Below, in pieces: positions 57,661-64,000 of a stretch of DNA of 64,000 nt; positions within the stretch are counted from its first letter, which is position 1; each line of letters opens with the position of its first letter. The notes beneath the pieces are model-generated. The model was not told where the DNA came from. It did not search any database and saw only the letters and a list, made by a program, of their open reading frames with translations. The position numbers and the translations under genes were made by a program. The stretch spans positions 372,001 through 436,000 of the forward strand of contig SMSO01000005.1 in assembly GCA_004764695.1 (NCBI GenBank), in the 5' to 3' direction. The stretch is from Schizochytrium sp. TIO01 (Eukaryota > Protista > Bigyra: Labyrinthulomycetes).

Positions 57661-59770
57661 GTGTCATATTTCCGCAAGAAAAGGAGTAACAGGTTCTCTC
57701 TACTCACGGTAGGTAGAAAACGTGAAAGTAAAGAATGGACTTGGAGCCAAACTAAATGAGGCTCCGCAATTTATGAGATAGTTAGTGACCAGGTGAGCTA
57801 TGGTTAAACCTTTCCGAAATCCTCGAACTTTCAATGAAAGTTGTACCAGTGAATAAATGCATAATTGCAATCAAGGTTGCTAGTCTTGTTTGGACCCAAT
57901 TTTCAATTCAATTGCTAGCTGCGCAATTCAACTCTAGCTAGACAGACTCTAAGACGTACCAATATACCTAACTAGAAAGTGCTAGATGACCTTTGCTATA
58001 TCTTGGAGGACTCCTACTAGGCAGGTAGGTAGGTAGGTCCCTAGTATAATGCCATCACCCATTCCTCAGTGATAACTGAGTTGAAGAAAAGCGGTCATAT
58101 GATTTTGGAACAGATCTTCGTGTTTGCTCAATCAGGTGGCGCGCTCCTACAACTACCTCAACCAGTAGGCAGGTACCTACCTACCTACCTACCTACCTGT
58201 TTAACAATTAAGTAGGCTCTTTGTCTGTTCTCAGTGCTACTTCTCTCTCCAGTCCTGCCCTATTGTACGCGATTGGAAGGTAGCACTCCCCCTTCTCTTG
58301 TCCTTCCCAGAACCTATTAGTTTTTCCACAACTCAGAGTTTTCATTCCATGTTTTCCAAACTCTCTGCTTCCGAAGTCGAAGGTTGTAAGTTTACCATTC
58401 TCATCACGACGAGAAGCTCGGCATGGCGGTGCAGCTACCAAGCGTCCAAGCATCCAAGCAAGCAAGCAAGCAAGCATCCAAGCAAGCAAGCAAGCAAGCA
58501 ACCAAGGAGGCGTGCGTAAGTACGTACGTGCGCGGGAATGCACGTCATGAAATACAGCGAGCCAAACTTAAGCGATACCAGTATCTGTATGATATGATGC
58601 TTTCAATCGTTCTCCTCTGGGGAGGTAGGAAGGTACTACCCCGGTGCATCTGATTCTGCTGCTAACCATGAGCGTGCGTTAAGAGAACCAATCAGAGCAT
58701 GAGCCACGAGCCACGAGCCCTGTTCGAAATTTGAAATTTGCAATTCAAATTTCAAACTCTTGCACCATTTTTCAAATCCCAAACTCTTGCACCGGGCAGG
58801 CTTCATCGCCAGGCGCCTCAGGGGTCGAGCGTGGCAGCGATGTGCTACCGCCGGCAGCAGCCAGGAGCTTGGCAGCGATCGATCATCAAGATCAAGTTCT
58901 ACCCGCTGAACGGACGGACTTTGATGCTCCAAAGCCTTGCCAAGGTCTGTTTGAACCTGAATCCACAGGCTAGCTAGCCACTAGCTCAACCAAACAGACT
59001 CGTCCTGAGCTGCTGGGAAATCCGCCACGCGAGACGTTTGGCGGCCGGGCTCCAGCGCATTCCGTAGGGTCCAGGCGCACCCCAAAGACACTGGAGCACG
59101 AGGACCCACCCCTGAAGACTGATTCCGAGCCGCTTGCAATTGCTGGCCCATTGGATCATCGCAAACTGTATCCACCGGGAGCTTGAAAGCCATTGGGATT
59201 GAAGGCTAAGAGGAGTGCTCCAAGATCTGTGAGAATGTAGCTACTATCACCGTCGTCCACGCTGAGCGTTGGGATCTTCAACCGCGCTCGCTCCCAAGGA
59301 CCTGAAGCGAGCATTTCTTGACTAGTCTCGTATAGCTGGATTGGTCGATGGTTTGGAGGATTCATTGATGGTTTGGTTGATTCGTCCATCCCGTGTAGCC
59401 ATTTGCAAACTTCAACTTTGAAGGCTAAAGGAGGCAAGCAAGCAAGTCAGGAGTACTTAGCTGTGTAACTAGTTAACTAAATATAAGTAATAATAGTATA
59501 GAAGAATAAAAGTAATTTGAGGAAAGTGAGTCGGCACCTACGAGTGAATTTGAAAGTATATAGGGTAGCAACAAATAAATGCTAAGTAGGTAAGGTGGGC
59601 TCTGCTATTAATGGCACCCGCCTTAATGACTTCTGCTATCTCTAACGAGGTGGTTCCATAGAAATGGCCTTTCAAGTTGTTTCACTTTTAAAGTTTGCTT
59701 TTGTTTGGAAAGAAGCATAGTTTTAACCTAATTAGTACCTACCTGATGAGGTTGGTTACCAAAGTGGAAA

Positions 59771-59803
<33 letters not shown>

Positions 59804-60305
59804 AAAGGATACTTTTTTCTTCTTTTTCTTTTTTTCCTCGTGTGCTCACCAAAAGATAATTTTCCAATTCTTTTTCCAATCAGTGCTGATCATTGATCAT
59901 TGATCATGAAGGAAGATTTCCGCTCCTCCTCTTCTTAAGAAGGGCCTTAGAAAGAGAAAAAGGGAATTCATCAGACAGATTCAAAAAGAGTGAGTTGTGA
60001 CGGGCGATGAAATTGAATGTTTCAAATTCAAACCTATTCATTCATCAACTCAATTTAAATCCGCATACTCCTTCAGAAGCTGGAATATTTTGAATTGGCT
60101 CGCTCGGTTCGAAGTCAGTCGGACCAGCAAGGCAGCGCGGTTGACTGAGCCGCCGACGAAGGACACCCGCGCCGCTGCTGCTCTCGCGTTGCCTCACCTC
60201 CGTCTCCTTCCGCTGTCGGGTTTCGAAATCCACCTCATCCTAGATCACCCACTCATCGGCGCAGATTCCGCTCTTCCTCCGCGTGGTGGCGGCAGCGGCA
60301 GCGAG

Positions 60306-62012
60306 ATGAGGACCGAAGATGATCCACACGCGCGGAGGTCTCGCGTGCGGGCCGGCGAGGCGAACCGCCTAGACCGCCTGCCGCGTTTCCTGGTACTGCA
60401 CTGTCTCTCCTTTCTTGCGAGCCGCGACGTGGGACGCGGTATGGCGGCATCCAAGGAGATGCTCTACTTGCTAGCCGGCCTAGAGCGCTGCGCATCAGGT
60501 ATGGCCGTCGAGAGCGCCGAGAATGCGGAGTCCGTTCCCCGTGCTCTGTCCTCTGCCCTTGACAGACTCCCCGCGCGTCCGCAATTCGCTGTAGCATTTT
60601 TCAACGGCGAAGAGTCCAGGGAAAAATTGAAAAACTTTGCTCAAACGCGCCTCCCTCCTGGCTGCACGGCGCTTGCGGCGCAAGTCTTTGGAGTTCAGTC
60701 ATGCGTGGGTGGTGAGGGTGCCCTTCCAGACATGGAAAAGGTATTTGTGGTGGAAATGGGCTCCTTTCCCGACGCTGTATGCACTGGTTTCAGACTCGAC
60801 CATGCCAACGCCGCACAGAGTTGGGCCTCCTGTGAGGATACGCTCGCCAGAGCCGCGGCATCGGCTGCTTCCACACACGGCACGAATGGAAGCTCAGTAA
60901 ACTCGCCAAACCCGAGCTCGAACGTTAATGCGAACATCAATGCTGGCCCGAATACTGTGAACTTGGGCGCGGTAAACATTGGACTGGAACAACCAATGCA
61001 GCAACCGGAGCAGTTCTGGAGGGTATTCGTTGTGCTGGTATGTGGAACATGGGGCTATGCAGTAGCGCCTACTCTGATTGCCAAGATGCAGGACGCATAC
61101 CCGGGCGTGACAGTAATCGGAGGTGTATGCTCTGAGTTTGCACAGTTTGCAGATGGCGTGTGGACGGATATCACAAACGGCATTGGCGTGCTGGCATTCG
61201 GAGGCAATGTGCCGCTTCGTACATGCGTGTCACTGGGACTCGAGCAAGTCAGTCCCGTGGTAGAACTCGAGACTGGGCTATGGACAGAAGATGGCATCTC
61301 ACTAGACGTGGCGCTGGTTAAAACGGACCCCCAAACATATGCCGACGCTGCGGGCTGGTTCATGAGGGAATGCACAGATCAAACTATGGTTGGGATCAAA
61401 TTTCCTGGAGAGTCAGGGTTCTCGCTTTGCGAGGAAGTTTGTATGATGATGGGGGAGAATGGTGGACAGATCCTGCGTCTTGTACTTACAGATCCGCCTA
61501 GGGGACTTCCTGTGGCTGGCACGCAGCTAGCGCCCTTTTGTAACACGCATAGGGCCGCAACAGAGGACCTTACGGCAATGCTCGATCGCCTCCAAGCCTA
61601 CCTTGCGCGTAATGATGAGAAGGTGCTTACGGGCATCATGTTCTCATGCGCTGCTCGCGGTCCACAGGCCTTTGGTAACCCCCCAAGACCCATGCTCGAT
61701 GCCACAGAGTTTCAAAAGCGCTTCCATGTCCCACTCGCAGGTTTTTACGCTGGTGGTGAAATCGGACCCCGAGCTCGCGCTCTCGTCAAAGACGATGTTT
61801 TTGAGACTTCTCGGGCTGTAGTTCAAGGATTCACAGTTGTCTTTGGTGTTTTTATTGTGCCCAAGGCCACCGCGTCCCCCATACAGCTTTATGGTGACAA
61901 CGCAAATGTTTCAGATAGCTTGCGGGATACCATAAAGGCATTTCTGTCCGGTCAAAATCATCTCTGCAACTCAGCCTCGACTCTTAATTCGCAAGGAATC
62001 AGCACTGCTTAA
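60306..62012 (+). CDS. F-box + FIST-domain protein (FBXO22-like architecture)
   Basis: F-box-like LDRLPRFLVLHCLSFLASRDVGRGMAASKEM. FIST motifs VTVIGGV, GIMFSCAARG and PLAGFYAGGEIGP, then VVQGFTVVF. First ATG at 60306 (MRTEDD); the ORF-track start at 59997 is GTG. Confidence 0.88.
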   Translation: MRTEDDPHARRSRVRAGEANRLDRLPRFLVLHCLSFLASRDVGRGMAASKEMLYLLAGLERCASGMAVESAENAESVPRALSSALDRLPARPQFAVAFFNGEESREKLKNFAQTRLPPGCTALAAQVFGVQSCVGGEGALPDMEKVFVVEMGSFPDAVCTGFRLDHANAAQSWASCEDTLARAAASAASTHGTNGSSVNSPNPSSNVNANINAGPNTVNLGAVNIGLEQPMQQPEQFWRVFVVLVCGTWGYAVAPTLIAKMQDAYPGVTVIGGVCSEFAQFADGVWTDITNGIGVLAFGGNVPLRTCVSLGLEQVSPVVELETGLWTEDGISLDVALVKTDPQTYADAAGWFMRECTDQTMVGIKFPGESGFSLCEEVCMMMGENGGQILRLVLTDPPRGLPVAGTQLAPFCNTHRAATEDLTAMLDRLQAYLARNDEKVLTGIMFSCAARGPQAFGNPPRPMLDATEFQKRFHVPLAGFYAGGEIGPRARALVKDDVFETSRAVVQGFTVVFGVFIVPKATASPIQLYGDNANVSDSLRDTIKAFLSGQNHLCNSASTLNSQGISTA

Positions 62013-62099
62013 TCAACTGCTCGGGAATGGCTAGTTAACCTTGTTTACAAAGATTGAAGCGCGACATCCTCAACGTGCTAATGTGCCTCTATGCAAGTA

Positions 62100-63400
62100 T
62101 GTAGGCTCGGCAAGCCATACGCAACACACACTTTCTATTACCCCTTTGGCAGTGCGCCAAGGGGAGGAAGGTATTTTATAGGCTGACCCTCAACATGCTT
62201 TAGCTCTATGTACACTGAGCTGAGAATTATATATACCCACCCCATATAGCGCGGCTGGTGAATTAGCAAGGATCTTAATTTGGCAAAATGCCGCAAAAGG
62301 TATTTTGGTACCTGCCCAAGAATACATCCGTCACTCAACGTGATTACCCCTGAGCACCCGATCACTATTTCCCACTATCTCTGCACAAATGCATGCTTCC
62401 TGACATTAACCCTCGGCCCTACGTTCCCCATTTTGCCAGTACGACCTTTGATGTTCGCTTTAACGATATCCCTTTGTCAGATTTGTAAACGAATGCCTCA
62501 GGTTTGGGGTCTACTTGCCTGTCCAGTGCCGCCGTTATTGTTGCACTTGTGGCGCTGTTGCGCTAACAGTGCCTCGACGATGGAGGGGATGGTTGGTCTT
62601 GCACTGAACTCTAACATCGTTATGGGTCGTGTCAATCAGCGGTTCTTCCTATACATCCCGCACAGCCATTTACGCAATGCTGAGAGACTACATTTGCATG
62701 TTTGATTTATGTTTCGTGCCAAGCCTCTTCTTTGTTGTCTCTTTGCTCACTTTACGTGAGTTTTGGCGACCCCTAAAATTTATTTCGTTTGCTTATATTG
62801 CGTAACTATTGTGACATCTCGCCCCTGTTAATACGAGATGATCCTGAGAATCGAAAGAGTATACTGACTCGTAAAAGCATTCATAAGGGCTACGTAGAAG
62901 GACAGTTTAGAGGATTTAGTCAACATTCGCAATGGCGCTTTACCTCTTCTTCCATATCACTGTCTCTTTGCAAGCTCTTCAGGGCAGAGGAAATTGCAGT
63001 TCTGCCAACATATTGATTCTAGTAGTATTCTACTTCGTCAATTCCAACTTCTTCCTCCTGCGCGGTGGTCCTTTCTAAGCTGCAAATTGATATGATTTGA
63101 AGAGCCAATCTTACTGAAAAAAGTAAAAACAAATAGACTCTTGAGTGAAATAGCGAACTATTTGTAGTTCGGTGTTCACAGGCACCGACACACGAGGATG
63201 GCTTGATTGCATTTCTCCTGCTCCTGTCACATACCTTTAGCACACCATAGATAGTGAATGGCCAAGCCCAAGCTTGCTGGCAGCAGTTTCTACAACACCT
63301 CTTCCTGAGTTTGTATTGTGTGGTTCGTTTATTGAATAAGCAGATGCTTGAAAGTCTTGCTAGCATAGTAATATCTATTGTTGGAGCCATCCCTTCATTT
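62100..63400 (-). pseudogene. Possible decayed LRR relic
   Basis: PTIDITMLARLSSICLFN (ORF 63019..63390). ILGQVPKYLLRHFAKLRSLLIH and IKYLPPLGALPK (ORF 62138..62365). Confidence 0.4.
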
Positions 63401-64000
63401 TGCCACCCAGCTGAAGACCCTCAAGCTAACTGATGATGGCTTTCGACGCCCATGTGGATAGGTACCTTCTTATTATTTCTTTCCCTTCTTAATTTTTATT
63501 ATTATAAAATCTCGATCTTCTGACCAAGCTCCGCACATGCAAATTCCAAGTTTCAAAGTTCATGTTAAGTTTATACCGCTAGTCGTGCCAATTCACCAGT
63601 TATGAGATCCAGTTTGTCATTTTAGTTTTAGACAGCAAAAATAGAAGCTGAGGCGCAGCCCCGGCAGCATCCATCAACATTCCCCATTCTTTCATTCTGT
63701 CTGGCCTGTGAGTAGGCGAGTGGGTAGTGGGACTTGGTAAGTGCCTTTCAAGTTGCGACAGTTTCATCGCAAATGCCAGTGGTACTGTTAGTTGCTACTT
63801 TATACCCCCTTGAAAGTGCCCTTTTCTGGCACCAACAGAAGAAAGAGGGAAAGGACGTGACCGGTGGAATTGACTTGTCATGAACTAATGCGCTTTGTTT
63901 TGACTCGTGTCTACTAGGCGCTCGTTTAAGCGCATATCGAACCAAAAAGGGCTGACAAGTATGATGCAGAGGTTAATATTTCAAGTTCAAAAATAGTACT

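Noticed and set aside
59997-60305. N-terminal extensions from GTG starts (also 30486-30584, 42401-42469, 51142-51231)
   Set aside because: Eukaryotic context; downstream ATGs precede the recognisable protein, so these are probably 5'UTR.

Overview
Eukaryotic, intron-poor genomic DNA. Single-exon genes, very diverse microsatellites and a TTAGG-type repeat suggest a thraustochytrid/labyrinthulomycete stramenopile (inference). Eight loci are supportable. (1) A Gln-rich protein with a Myb/SANT-like C-terminus (151-1212, -), followed by about 28 kb upstream with no convincing gene. (2) A Sec14/CRAL-TRIO+GOLD lipid-transfer protein. (3) An anchor-less cytochrome P450 with Asn replacing the I-helix Thr. 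(4, 5) Two tandem ankyrin-repeat + SAM-like paralogues; the second ends in PSAP and a CaaX box. (6) A two-TM patatin-like phospholipase. (7) RICTOR, split into two overlapping ORFs by a +1 frame change. (8) An F-box/FIST (FBXO22-like) protein. The main unexplained signal is that almost every short, AT-rich, SSR-poor spacer between these genes translates by hand into stop- and frameshift-riddled leucine-rich-repeat fragments. About eight such relics form an interspersed LRR 'graveyard' that the ORF track largely misses; this needs a statistical test. A MITE-like 19-bp inverted repeat pair and a 4-copy ~240-bp repeat are also present. No tRNA, rRNA, CRISPR array or transposase was found.
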